Shown here: in pieces, positions 25,250 to 37,790 of the stretch
How the letters are laid out: every line of letters starts with the position of its first letter
Position numbering within the stretch: the first letter of the stretch is position 1
Assembly: GCA_008632985.1 (NCBI GenBank)
Contig: QPGO01000124.1
Span: forward strand, 186,001-243,876
Origin: Psammoneis japonica
Taxonomy: Eukaryota
Reading direction: 5' to 3'
Length of the DNA stretch: 57,876 nucleotides
Notes under the pieces: generated by a model
Seen by the model: the letters and a program-made list of their open reading frames with translations, nothing else
Databases searched by the model: none
Told to the model about the DNA's origin: nothing
Translations under genes and position numbers: made by a program

Positions 25250-25997
25250 TCAACTGGTGTTTTAGCTTCTTCTCCTCCCGGAGCTTGCACCAAGCTGTGC
25301 ATTTGCGTCTCTTAATTTCTCGACAGATGTGCTTCCGGAACACTTCAAGAGAGAACACCTGACACTCCTTGCGGGACAGATGGAGTTCTTGGGGCGCCAG
25401 CACTTCATGTTTTTTGTCGTCAATGTCCGTCTTTAAAGAGGCTTCCGCCTTGGATCCTTCCCAACGTGGTTCGCCGAGAGAGTTGAATGCCTTCTTCGGG
25501 AAGAGGCGCCTGTCGTGAGCAAGTGCAAGTTCTTCCGGAAGATTGGTGACGGTCTTTCACGGCTTTTTTTCGACAACAATCCACTCGAGCTTGAAAATGC
25601 TCAAAGCTAAATTCCACAAACTCTGGACGTTGCCAGCAGACATCCTCGGCACACATGCTGCTGTCGTCAGTCGAAACATTGAATTTTGTAGGTCCCGCTG
25701 GAGCAGCACTTTTGCCAAGCTCTTCCTCCAGCAGACAGCCTCATCTTCCACTTCTTCCTGCCAAACAAATCCGTTGCTCCGCAGTCTTTCCAACAACTCA
25801 GCCTTCTTGCCAGACACCGGGAGCCCATGTTCTCGCAAGAGATTTTTTAGCTCCGCAACTTTCATCTTTGCGATCCCATCAACACAAATCTCCGCTTCAT
25901 GATTTCCTGTCCTTTGGACCTCCTTGTCTCCCTTCCTTTTCATCTGCTCCTCTTTCTTTGAGGACGCAGCGGCCTTGGTTTGATGTCTGCAGCCCAT
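25250..25997 (-). pseudogene. SAP-domain accessory ORF of the Harbinger-like element, frameshifted
   Basis: MKVAELKNLLREHGLPVSGKKAELLERL is a canonical SAP motif. Followed by two WxxSxAxxxLxxD repeats. Confidence 0.7.
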
Positions 25998-26353
25998 GGT
26001 GTTTTTTCTCGCACACCAACCAGCAAGTTGCCATTGTCAGATCGCCATTTGAACTTTCAAATTCCATTGGTTCATGAACAAACATGTGTTTTTTGCGCCA
26101 TTTTGCATTTGGGAATGGTTTGAAATCTCACGTGTGTGGAAGAACGCGTGCTTGGTTGATCTCCAGAGTTCAACCCATTTCGCTGCTTGCTCCATGAGCA
26201 GAGAAGCCAGAAGCGGCAACATCGGCAACTGCCAGAGCAGCCGTGAAGTGCACATCTCACGCTCAAACGTTCGAGGATTGCCGAGTTGCGTCGAGGCAGT
26301 CCTTGTCTGCAAAATCAAGGAAGCCGGAGGGCTCAAAAACATCGAAAGCTTCT

Positions 26354-26706
26354 NNNNNNNNNNNNNNNNNNNNNNNNNNNNNNNNNNNNNNNNNNNNNNN
26401 NNNNNNNNNNNNNNNNNNNNNNNNNNNNNNNNNNNNNNNNNNNNNNNNNNNNNNNNNNNNNNNNNNNNNNNNNNNNNNNNNNNNNNNNNNNNNNNNNNNN
26501 NNNNNNNNNNNNNNNNNNNNNNNNNNNNNNNNNNNNNNNNNNNNNNNNNNNNNNNNNNNNNNNNNNNNNNNNNNNNNNNNNNNNNNNNNNNNNNNNNNNN
26601 NNNNNNNNNNNNNNNNNNNNNNNNNNNNNNNNNNNNNNNNNNNNNNNNNNNNNNNNNNNNNNNNNNNNNNNNNNNNNNNNNNNNNNNNNNNNNNNNNNNN
26701 NNNNNN
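26354..26706. other. Assembly gap (N run)
   Basis: 353 Ns. Confidence 1.
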
Positions 26707-28274
26707 ACGACGACGACACTCTTGATGATGCCATGAGCGCAACGACCTCGTTGTCGGCTCCAAAAAAAGGCAAACATCAGTCCCTTGCGTCAATTGTTGT
26801 TGTTTGGTTTGCACCGAATCTGATCTGACCCACCTCTTCTTTCCTCCTGCCATGGGCATTGAGGTCATCCCAGTTGATCTTGAAGACCCTACGAACCACG
26901 ACCCATTTGGAAGTCTTGTCGTCATGTTTTTGCCGACAAGCGTGCTCCAAACGACAACAAGGTTCGCCAAGGCTTTGAAATCATTGACTGTGCGGTTCAT
27001 CCCCAAGATTTCTTTGACAACAAGTGCTCCGCCAAGATCGTTTCAGACACCAACATCCTCATGACGGTCCCACAGGCCCACTTCTCATGTCGCAACGTGA
27101 CAGGATTTGAATGGGATTGAGGTGGTGCGCGCGAGATGTCGCGCGCCATTTAGTTTGCCGCACACAGTTTTGTGTGCTCTTTAGTTCCACGCGTGCATGC
27201 GCGATGCAGTTTGCTTTCAAGCCACACGGCTCACAAGAACAAAACAACAGCAGCCCGATCATGCCGACTTGCACATCTTTCGGCTCCTGTGACGGTCTCT
27301 GAGTGGAGACTCATCTGCCATTTAGACAGCAGTGAGGAGTCATTGTTTGAATTCTTGCCATTTGCCTTCAATTTCTGTCAGATCAACAGTCTTGCTCATT
27401 GTCAACCCATTGAGCAACCGCCATTGTCGTTGTTGATTTGCTGACGACGCCATTTCAATTCTGCATGGACCTCCGCACACATTCTACGTGCATCGGCAAG
27501 TCTGCGCACACATTCAATGCCAATTTAACATCACCGTCAAGCCTCCTTGCCGCTGGACATCTGGATTGATTGTGCTGCCACATGTCGCTGAAGACATGCA
27601 CCAAACGGTCACATTCAAGTCCACCCTTGATCCTCATCGCTTGACATGCCCATTCAATGGTTGACGGTCAAGAACCCCACATGTTCAAGGACATTCATTG
27701 CTGAATGCACACACATGTCTTCACGGCCAAAAACTTGAACCTGCTCTTTGGACTCCAGCTTTGCCACCACTCTACAAGCACACCAAGTCTGTTGCACCTG
27801 ATCCACCCCGGACTGCTGGTGCTCCACAGTTCTGTTGGGTCCACGAGGACGACTGTGAGAGCAAGCAGCCGTGATTGCAGCCTGCGTTTGTTTGTTCGTC
27901 CACGGCGCCTGACGCCTGCGTCAACTGGCCAGCCTGATCGAGAAATCCAACCGATGTAAAACAAGAATGGTTTGGGGGTCTTGCCCACCTCTGGTTGGCT
28001 CACCTGCAGGGGTTTGCAACCCGCTGCTCCGCTTGCAAGCAACCCAAAGTGCCACCAGTTGCGGGTTGGACGTGCCGGCACAACTCTGCGGACCGGACAG
28101 GAAGTTTAGCACTTGACAACAAACGGGACAGCACAGCCCGGTGACTTCTGATTTCAATGTAGTTCAAGATTTCAAGTCAAGCCTGTGTCAAGTCAAGTCC
28201 ATTCCAACCCAAGTTTCAAGTCCACCTTTGCTTCCCAGCAAGAATCGCTTCCCCTGACACCGCTTTTGTCTGCC

Positions 28275-31200
28275 ATGGTTCTCACTCGTCAGCAACAAAC
28301 TGATGGTTTTGAACACGGTTGGAGCCGTGCTTGCCCAAGGTGCTGGAAGTCCTCTTCGTTTGGCTTTGACCCACGATGACACGGACTTGCACCAAAAACT
28401 GTTCACGTTCATGCCTTCCCAAATCGACTCGCTCGAGCACGACAACAGCGCCAATGTGGTCCCATTGCCCCGAGGTCACGAGAACATGTCAGCAGCTCCA
28501 GTTGGTCTGCACATTGTCAAAGCACACGAGGGCCTTGATGTTGCCAATGATTCTTCGTTGTTCATGCATGATGAGTTCCTTGCCTGATGCCTCAGCCCCG
28601 ATTGCATGTCTTCTGTCTGTGTCCGTCGGCAGCTCACCTCTTGCACCTCCACACGTCACCAACCCGACCAAGGCACGCAACCCAGTGCAAGACTTCAAGC
28701 AAGGCATCAAGCGTGACCCCACTGCTTTCACGGCTCTCAAGTCCAACAAGCAATGGCACACTTGGCACACCTCACTTGTGGCACAAGCCTGTGCCCAGGA
28801 CGTTGAGTGCATTCTAGACTCAATGCACAAACCGACCAGCCCCGAAGACAAACTGCTCTTTGCTGAACAGCAACAGCACATGTTCGCAGTCTTTGAACGC
28901 ATCCTTCTCACCAACAAGGGCAAGGCTCTCATTCGCAAAAATGTGGGGTCTTCTGATGCCCAGACCGTCTGCCTGCGCCTTGTCCATGCATGCGCTTGCC
29001 TCCACCCACGCATCCATCGAGTCCTCCACCTTGCTCACGCACCTCACCACTGCACGCCTTGGTGATGGTGCTTGGAAGGGTCCGACCCATGGGTTCATCC
29101 TTCATTGGCAGGATCAGTTGCGCAAGTGCGAGGCCCTCATCCTGGCCAGCGACCACTTCTCTGAAGGACAGAAGCGTGTCATGCTCGAGAATGCTGCACA
29201 TCCTGTCAAGGAACTTCGTGCCGTCAAGAACCAGCTGATCAACATCGCATGCAGAGTGGCAAGAGCCTCACATGTGATCAACATTGTGGCTTGCTTCTCT
29301 CATCGGTGGCTCAGTGCGACAGCACGTTTCAACCCAAGACGACACCTCAAGCTCCCCGCCGCGCCACATGCGCGCACAATGTCTGCTCCGAGGAACCATC
29401 CGATGATGTGTTCCATGACATTGACAGTGACATTGACGTCCTTCAGGCCAACGCTGCCTGCACCCGCGGTCCCAGCCTCACCGGCGACCAACGGAGACGT
29501 CTCCCTCCCGACCACCAACGGATCTGGGATTCGTTGCCCCACTCTCCAAGGTGATCATCCTCGAGCATTCTCGTCCGCCTCCTTGCAACCCACGAGCTGG
29601 CAACCGCCACGAGTCCGTTGCGGTCAACCTTCACGACCAACGTCTTGGGAGTGACGGTGATGTCAACTTGTCTGCCACGACTCTTGCTGACTCTGGTGAT
29701 CCCGCTCTGAATGAGGATGCCACTTCAGATGATCCCATTCTGGCACACCTCACCAAGTGCAAGCCACTGCCACCCGGTGATCTGCAACACCTGTTGTCTC
29801 CTGGCCAAGCCCCCAAAGCCAGTCGACCGGGGCCATCCGCCGCTCCCTCTACCTTGCATGCTGCTCCGGATGACATGGAACTTAACGGCCGCACTCGCCG
29901 CCGAGTAACAACCACAATGTCATTTGCTCTGCCTCTGCCTCCACACGCACTGGTGCTCCAGTCGATTGTGGAGCCAACGGCGGCATTGCTGGTGATGACA
30001 TTCGTGTCATTGCACGCACCTCTCACCAAGTCGACGTTCAGGGTGTGACGACCATCAAATGGTTGACATCCCCATTGTCACCGCTGGTGCCGTCATCGAC
30101 ACACAGCGTGGTCCCGTCATTGCCATTCTCCATCAGCATGCATGCACAGGAAAGGGCAAGACCATTCACTCCTGTGGCCAGCTCGAGTGGTGCAAACACG
30201 ACGTCAATGACCATTCTGTCAAGGTGCCCAACGGCTTGCAGCGCATCGCACCCCCTGATGGCTGTGTCATCCCAATTGACATCAAGGGCGGCTTGCCTTG
30301 TGTTGCCATGCGACCCCACACTGACTGCGAATGGGACACCCTCCCTCATGTCATCCTCACCGGTGATGACACATGGAACCCTTCCGTCCTTGATCACTCC
30401 ATCACTGAAGACGACCAGTGGTGCGATGTGATCTCTGACCTGCAGGACGACCCCACTGCAACCTGTTTGACAAGCACGGCAACCATCGTCACCGTGTCGT
30501 TGTCAACAAGGCCATCATGTCTGTCTCCTGTCTGACGATCACGCATCCACACTTGATGACTGCCTCATTCCGAATGAGGACATGTTCATGAGTGTCACCT
30601 GAGCGCGACTGACCCCAAGGACTGCGACATTCCACCTCAGGAGCGCAATGTGCAGCCCAAGGACCCCCCCTGCGAGTCCCTTCGGCCCCACTTTGGTTTC
30701 CAACCTGCCGACACGGTTCGTCGCACTTTCGACTGCACTGTGCAGTGCACCCGCATGCCCGCCAGTGCGCACCTTAAGAAGGCCTGCAAATCACCCAACC
30801 CCACCCTTAATGTGCACCACCACAACGAGCCTGTCGCCACTGACACCATGTGCACTGACACCCCGGCCGTCAACTCTGGCTGCACCAGTGCCCAATTGTT
30901 TGTTGGCACCCAGTCTGCCGTCACTGACGTCTGCGGCACCAAAACTGACAAAGAGTTTGTCAACACGCTCGAGGATCAGATCCGTGAGCATGGTGCTCCA
31001 TCCAAACTCATCAGCAACCGTGCTCAAGTTGAGATCAGCAACAAGGTGTTGGGATTCTCCGAGCCCTCTTCATCTCCAGTTGGCAAAGCAAGCCTCACCA
31101 GCAACACCAAAACTTTGCCAAATGCCAACACCAGACCGTGAAGCGCATGGCAAACACCATCATGGATCGTTTTGGTTTGCCTGCCCACATGTGGTTGCTG

Positions 31201-33750
31201 GCACTCATGTGCATTTGCTTCATGCTCAACCACACCGCGTCCCCACCTCTCCACTGGTGCATGCCCCTCAAGACTCTCACTGGCTCCACCCCGGACATCA
31301 GCGTGCTGCTTCGCTTTCACTGGTGGGAACCCGTGTGCTTCCACCTCAATGACTCCGATTGGCCATCTGAATCCCGTGAGTTACGTGGATGCTTTGTTGG
31401 CATCGCCGAACATGTCGGCCACCAGATGACCTTTAAGATTCTTTCTGATTGCACTCAGAAGATCCTCCATCGGTCTAATGTGCGATCCGCCACCACCGAT
31501 CCTTCCGTTCGAAACCTGCGTCTTGATCCTCCTGATGGGGAGCCACCTAAACCCATCATCAAATCTCGCCATGATGACAGCCCCATTGATTCACCTGATG
31601 GGGAGATCAGGACACCCAAGATGCCAGTTTTCAACCCACAAGACGTCATTGGATGCACCTTCCTCATGCAGTCACAAGAGGACGGACAACGCCACAGAGC
31701 TCGCATCGTCAAGGCCGTCAAAGATCACGACTGGAAAGTGAATGGCAACCCTTGAGCTCACCAAGTTTGTCTGCTCTGTCAACAATGACGAATGCAAGGA
31801 AGTCCTGGCCCACAATGACATCATGAATCACATTGAGCAAGAAGACAAAGACACTGCTGTTTGGAAATTTCGACGCATTGTGTCACACGAAGGACCTCTT
31901 AAACCTCATGACCCAACCTGGAAAGGCTCAAGCTGCAACATCATGCTTGAATGGGAAAGTGGAGAGATCACGTCCGAGCCTCTTGCCATCATTGCCAAGG
32001 ACAACCCTGTCACCTGCGCCATCTGTGCACGAGAGAACAGACTTCTTGATGCTGATGGTTGGAAGCGATTCCGCACCATCGCGAGGTGCCAGAAAAAGCT
32101 GTTCCACATGGCCAACCAAGCCAAGCTTTGCTCCTTCCGCACTGCACCTTGCCACAAGCATGGATGCGAAGTTCCCCAGAACTGTGAACACGCCATGTCC
32201 CCAGACAAATGCAACAGCAACTGCAAATGGGGAGACGCAACCAATCTTGAGATGGACCAACTCGATGAATGCGAAGTCTTTCATGACTGTGGGCCCTCCG
32301 AGTCTTCCACTCCTCCTGCAGGACACAAGAAGATCCAAGTGCACCTGGTGTGCGATGTGAAACACGACGGCCACCACAAGGCACGACTCGCAGCCGATGG
32401 ACACCTCACGGAGGGCCCATCGACAGTGTCTGCTCTGGAGCAGTGCTCTTTGTGGCCTTCGGCTGATGATTTTCCTGGCCAAACTCAACGAGTTGGAGAC
32501 ATGGGCCACCAACATTGGCAATGCCTGCCTTGAAGCCACTGCCAAGGAGAAGCTGTACATTGCAGCTGGACCTGAATTTGGCAAACTCAAAGGCCACATT
32601 CTTGTCATCTACAAGGCCCTGCATGGACTGCGCAGCTCCGGCCTCCACTGGCACGAGCACTTTGCCGACTGCCTGCGAGCTGAAGGTTTCTTCCCTTGCC
32701 GCGCTGAACCCAACATTTGGATGCGCAAGAACGGCAACCACTGCAAACATGTTGCCGTTTGTGTGGATGACCTCGCCATTGCAATGAAGGATCCTCAACC
32801 TTTTGTCGTGCAAGTTCAAGCTCAAGGGCACGGGACCGATTGAGTTCCATCTGGGCTGCGACTTCTCCTGGGATCCTGACGGCACCTTGTGTTTGTTGCC
32901 GCGCAAGTGCATCAAACACATGGTCAACAGCTGCACATGACTGTTTGGGGAGAAACCTGCCACCAACGCACTGTCCCCTCTGGAGAAGGGTGACCACCCC
33001 GAACTGGACACTTCCAAACTGTTGGACCCGATGGCATTCAACAGTTCCAGTCTCTTGTTGGTTCCCTCCAATGGGCAGTGTCTCTCGGTCAAATTGACAT
33101 CACCACGGCTGTCATGTCACTCTCTAGCTTCCGAGCTGCACCCCGCCAAGGCCACTTGGATCGTGCCAAACGCGTCTGTGGATGCCTCTCCAAGACACGA
33201 CATGGCGCTCTCCGTGTTCGCACGGAAGAGCCCGACTGTTCGGACCTCCCTGCACTGGCCTGTGAATGGATGCACTCCGTGTGCGGGTGAAGCAGAGGAG
33301 ATGATCCCGAAGGACGCTCCACCACCCCTTGGCAAGTTTGTCACTGCCACCCACTGCGTTGATGCAAACTTGCATCATTGCATGCTCACCGGACACTCTG
33401 TCATGGGAATGCTCCGCTTCCTCAACAAATTCCCGGCTGACTGGTTCTCTAAGAAGCAAGCCACCGTGGAGACTGCGACCCATGGGTCTGAATTTGTTGC
33501 CGCAAGGACTTGTGTTGAGCAGATTGTTGACCTGCGCATCACCCTGCATCACCTTGGCGTCCTGATCCGTGACATCAGTTGCATGTTCGGTGACAACAAG
33601 TCGGTTGTGGACAGTGTGACCATCCCGCACTCCAAGTTGCACAAGCGACACACCGCTCTCTTGTTCCATCGTGTGCGTGAGGCAATTGCCTCTGGTGACC
33701 TTGAGTTCCACTTCATCGAAGGCTCCCGCAACCCTGCTGACATTGCATCT
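28275..33750 (+). mobile_element. Ty1/copia (CoDi-like) LTR retrotransposon gag-pol, decayed and 3'-truncated; the 5' LTR is probably upstream (about 27100-28200) but was not delimited
   Basis: gag DFKQGIKRDPTAF; integrase VATDT...DTPAV and LISNRAQVE; RT VHLVCDVKHDG..KARL, KALHGLRSSG and CVDDL; RNase H VDANL, VETATHGSEF, FGDN and NPADI. Domain order PR-IN-RT-RH. Confidence 0.95.
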
Positions 33751-34500
33751 CAATGATGCTTGCGCCGATTTCCCCGTTTCTTTTTTTCAGCATTGGGACA
33801 AATTGTACAATGCATCCCACTGGGTTGGCGCCATTGCACATTGTTGAGAATTGTGGATTTCTGTTTTGTTTGAAACCTCGCAGCAATTTCAAATTTTGGA
33901 AAAGCGCGCACGACGGTGTCCCACTTTACGGCGTGACATCTCAACGACACTTGCACCGATTTCCCTGTTTCTTTTTTCAGCATTGGGACACATTGTACAA
34001 TGCATCCCACTGGGTTGGTGCCATTGCGCACCATTGAGAATTGTGGATTTCTGTTTTGTTTGAAACCTCACAGCAATTTCAAATTCGGAAAAGCACGCAC
34101 GACGGTGTCCCACTTTACGGCGTGATGTCTCAACGATGCTCACACCGATTTCCCCGTTTCTTTTTTCAGCATTGGGGCACATTGTACAATTCATCCCACT
34201 GGGTTGGTCCCATTGTGAATTGTTGAGAATTGTGGATTTCTGTTTTGTTTGAAACCTCGCAGCAATTTCAAATTCGGAAAAGCGCGCACGACGGTGTTCC
34301 ACTTTACGGCATGATGTCTCAACGACACTTGCACCGATTTCCCCGTTTCTTTTTTCAGCATTGGGGTGCATTGTACAATTCATCCTGCTGGGTTGGTCCC
34401 ATTGTGAATCATTGAGAATTGTGGATTTCTGTTTTGTGTGCAACCTTGCAGCAATTTCAAATTTGGAAAAGCGTGCACGAAGGATGCAGGCAAGTGCCAT
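33747..34500. repeat. Tandem array, about 4 x 189-190 bp
   Basis: GAGAATTGTGGATTTCTGTTTTGT recurs near 33846, 34036, 34225 and 34414. A single diverged unit lies at about 47200-47380. Confidence 0.95.
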
Positions 34501-34572
34501 TCGATTCTCCGTGGTGCTGCACCAATGTTCTCACTTCTTTGCACCATTTTAACAAGAACTTGACAACGTCCC

Positions 34573-37500
34573 TCAATGATTGATGCTGTCATGACTTATG
34601 ATGAGACGTGTCCACACCTTTCCAGTGTTGGAGCTGGCATGTTCAGATGTCCAGTTTCTCACCGACACACTTTTTGCGATTCGACGCTCGAATTGAATGT
34701 CGCCAATTGCAAGCGGCACCCCGGCACCTCCACAGCAAGACACTTCCACACCAATGTTGTCTTCATTTCCCATTGTTGCAGCCAATGGTCGCATGTTGTA
34801 CAAGGCATGAAAAACCACCCACTTTGCACCCAATGGCAGTGTCTCCAATGCTGGCTTTTCGGTGGAGACGAGCGTTGCCAATTTCACCTGGTCTGCAATG
34901 GCTCTTGAAAAATGCATTGAATCTGTCATGAACTTGTTGACATCTTGTTGCCTGGCCCTGTGTCCAATCTTTCTTAATTCCCTGCAGGTGACAATCGTTC
35001 GGCAATTCTTGTCTCCACAAAAGCTGCAGGTGGATTTGGACTTTTCGTTTTTCTTTGCAGCTGCGGTGCCACCATTTCGAGCCATCACTTGTGAAGCTAT
35101 TCTCTTCTTGCGAGGTGCCCCAGCTCTGTTGGCCTCTGGACCACGTTTTGTTGGGGGGTTGCTCAAAGATGAAGCTGGTCTTTTCCTGGCAGCTTGCGCA
35201 ACAACACCAACAACATCAGCGGCGTCATCTGGGCTGCCCCCCTTTTTGGCAATGTCCAGCAGCTCGAGCATGGAGCCGTACAATGCCCCTCCCAGTGCTG
35301 TGCTAGAACTCACTGCACATTCTGTCAGCTTTGTGCAAGCCTTTAGCATCTGGTTTCTACCAACTTTTTTTGGCTTTCGGGAGTTTGTTTCTTTTGATGC
35401 CGTTTCTGACAGCGCCGACACCGTCCACACTGTTTCATTCGGCGCGGCTTCGGCAGACTCAAATTCCATTGATGCCATTTCCGATTCTGATGCTTCGGTT
35501 GCTGTTGATTTGGTTTGTGGAGCGAGTTGAGACAATGCAACATCGTCATCGCTGGAATCACTGGCTTGGCCGTCTCCATCGTCACGGCAACTGTCATCCA
35601 CGTCAGCCATCGGTTCCATCTTGTGAGGCTGGTGCAACCGTTCTGGGAACAATGCCTTGTCAAACACACGGCCGTTTTTGCAGCACTCATGGGGACACAT
35701 GCTGAGTGCCTCCAATCGGTGAGTGCAGTCACATCTCCCATGCTTGGGGATGAGTCTTGCGCTGTCGACACTTGTGCCTTCTCTGTGCACACGGTCAAAG
35801 TTGTCGCCTTTATCTTCCAACAACTTACAGTTGAAACTTTCATTGCACACTTCTGTCCAGTGAGTCTCGTGTGCCCACTTGGACAGAGTTCGCAACGCCT
35901 CCGCCTCTGACGCATTTTCTGATTGCACTTCTTCGGCTTTCCTTGCAGATGTGAGCTGGTGCTTTGCATCCTCTGTTTTGTTTTGTTGGTCACGGGCAGT
36001 CTGCCATTCGAGCAGCCCGCTGATTTGCTCCACCATGTCTTCAGTGGACCCACTCCCGAGATGAGCCTGCACACTGGAATGGTTTGACTCGGCCGGTTGG
36101 CTGCCACTCTTGCCAAGGTTGCCGGGGATTCTCTTGATGTAACATCCAGCAAATCTCTTGGGATGATCACAGCATCCTTTGATGTGCTGGAGTTTGACAG
36201 GATCAGAGCCCAGCTTTGCTTCAATTTGCTCACGCGCCTTGTCACATTGTTCCCTGGTGTCACTGTGCAGCATCACACACATGTTCTCGGACATTGCGTC
36301 ATGGGTTTGTTGGCCAATCTCCAATGGCCAAACGTTGGTTCTCAAGTGGAAGGAGTCCCATGGAGGTCTGTTCCCTCCAATGCACCAATTTGGACAGGTC
36401 GATCCAGGTCCAACATGCCCAGCATTGAATCGTTTAGAAAGCCATCGGCAAACATCAAACGAATGCCACTGATCTTCCTTCTCGGCTCCATGTCTTCCAA
36501 CGACTTTGCTGCAAACTCGCAGTGCTCAAGCTCTTCTTCAAAGCAAATTGTTTCATTGAGCTGCACAATCTGTTTCTCATGATCAAGAGCCACAGGACCA
36601 ATGTGAGGCCAGCGGTCGCTGTTCATCTTCGTCTTCATGAAATCCAAAAACATCATGTCCCTGTGCCGAATCCACGCCTTGCGCATGGTTTGAGTCATCC
36701 ACACAATGGCGCAGGGTTCTCTGTTTGCGTCTTTCTTGACACGACAGTCTGAGCCTCGACTGCTCTGCTTTATTTTCATGAGACACAACTCAGCCTTCCA
36801 TGCCTCACCACGATCTTGCATCACTTGCTGCAACAACTCCCTCACCTTGGCGTGACACAAATCAGTGTCGGGCAATTGGATGGCCTCATTTTCTGCAAGA
36901 GGCTTGAACCTCATGAGGTTCTCAGCAGCTTTAGCATCCATGGGCTTGTCTTCTAGACAGTGTTTCTTTGCCCGCATCCTCACGTTTTGAACGTCATCAG
37001 CTGCAATTGCCTGCCCATCTGGAACGCATTTTCGAAGGAGCCCACGAATGCCACGGGGGTTTGTGACGACTCCAGTCACGACAGTTTCTGCAATGCGATC
37101 CATGTCTGCAAGATTGATGTTTCCCAACACAGCACCAGCCGCTTTCTTTGCCAGGCGGGATGCCTCCACACCCGGGTTACAATTGTGCTCAAAGCAGTGG
37201 CCAGTGATGCGCACCATTCTTCGGTGCCTTTCATCTTTGGGATTTCGTTGGTCTGCAGTGGCCTTTGTGACAAACGGGCAGTTTCCCTTGATGCTCTGCC
37301 AGTTTCTCTGCCTTGAAGGTGACACCACCGACTCTTGTGCTTTCTTGTTTGCTTTCTTAAAAAAGCACTTCAAATGACAGTTGTTCACTGTCGTAAGGTG
37401 AAATCCCCAAGCATCACCAAATCGAATTGCCGCTTGTTTGAGCTGACAGAAATTCACAAAAGATCTCTTCTTCAGGATGCTTCCAAACAGCTCTTGAGCT

Positions 37501-37790
37501 GCCGACTCCAACTTCTCCAGTTTTGCCATGCCCTCCTTGTCAACATCCGCACCCAGATTTGGTCCATGTTGGTCCACCACGTCTTTCAGGGACTTGGGCA
37601 ACCAATTGATGCTGTTGGCCACTTTGCTTTTTGCGTTGCTCAGAGCTCTCTTAGTTGGCTTGTCATCTGGCCCAGTGTCAGTCACCGCGACGTTGTCGAC
37701 TCGCTCGAATGGATCTCCGTCCCCTTCATTCCATTCAGGCTGTTCCGGTGGGTGGTTTTCAAAGAACTTGCAAGACATGGTTTGCACACT
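34573..37790 (-). pseudogene. MULE/Mutator-like transposase with SWIM zinc finger and C-terminal zinc knuckle; frameshift near 36345
   Basis: IVWMT..MRKAWIRH..MMFLD, WPHIGPV, FADG, FHL, PAESNHSS, SWIM CDC...CPH and CSFCG motifs. Confidence 0.85.

Noticed and set aside
26037..27006. Long ORFs spanning 26354-26706
   Set aside because: Artefacts of the N gap.
33747..34500. CRISPR-like array or repeat protein (203-aa minus-strand ORF)
   Set aside because: Whole 189-bp units repeat with no unique spacers, there are no cas genes, and the ORF simply reads through the array.
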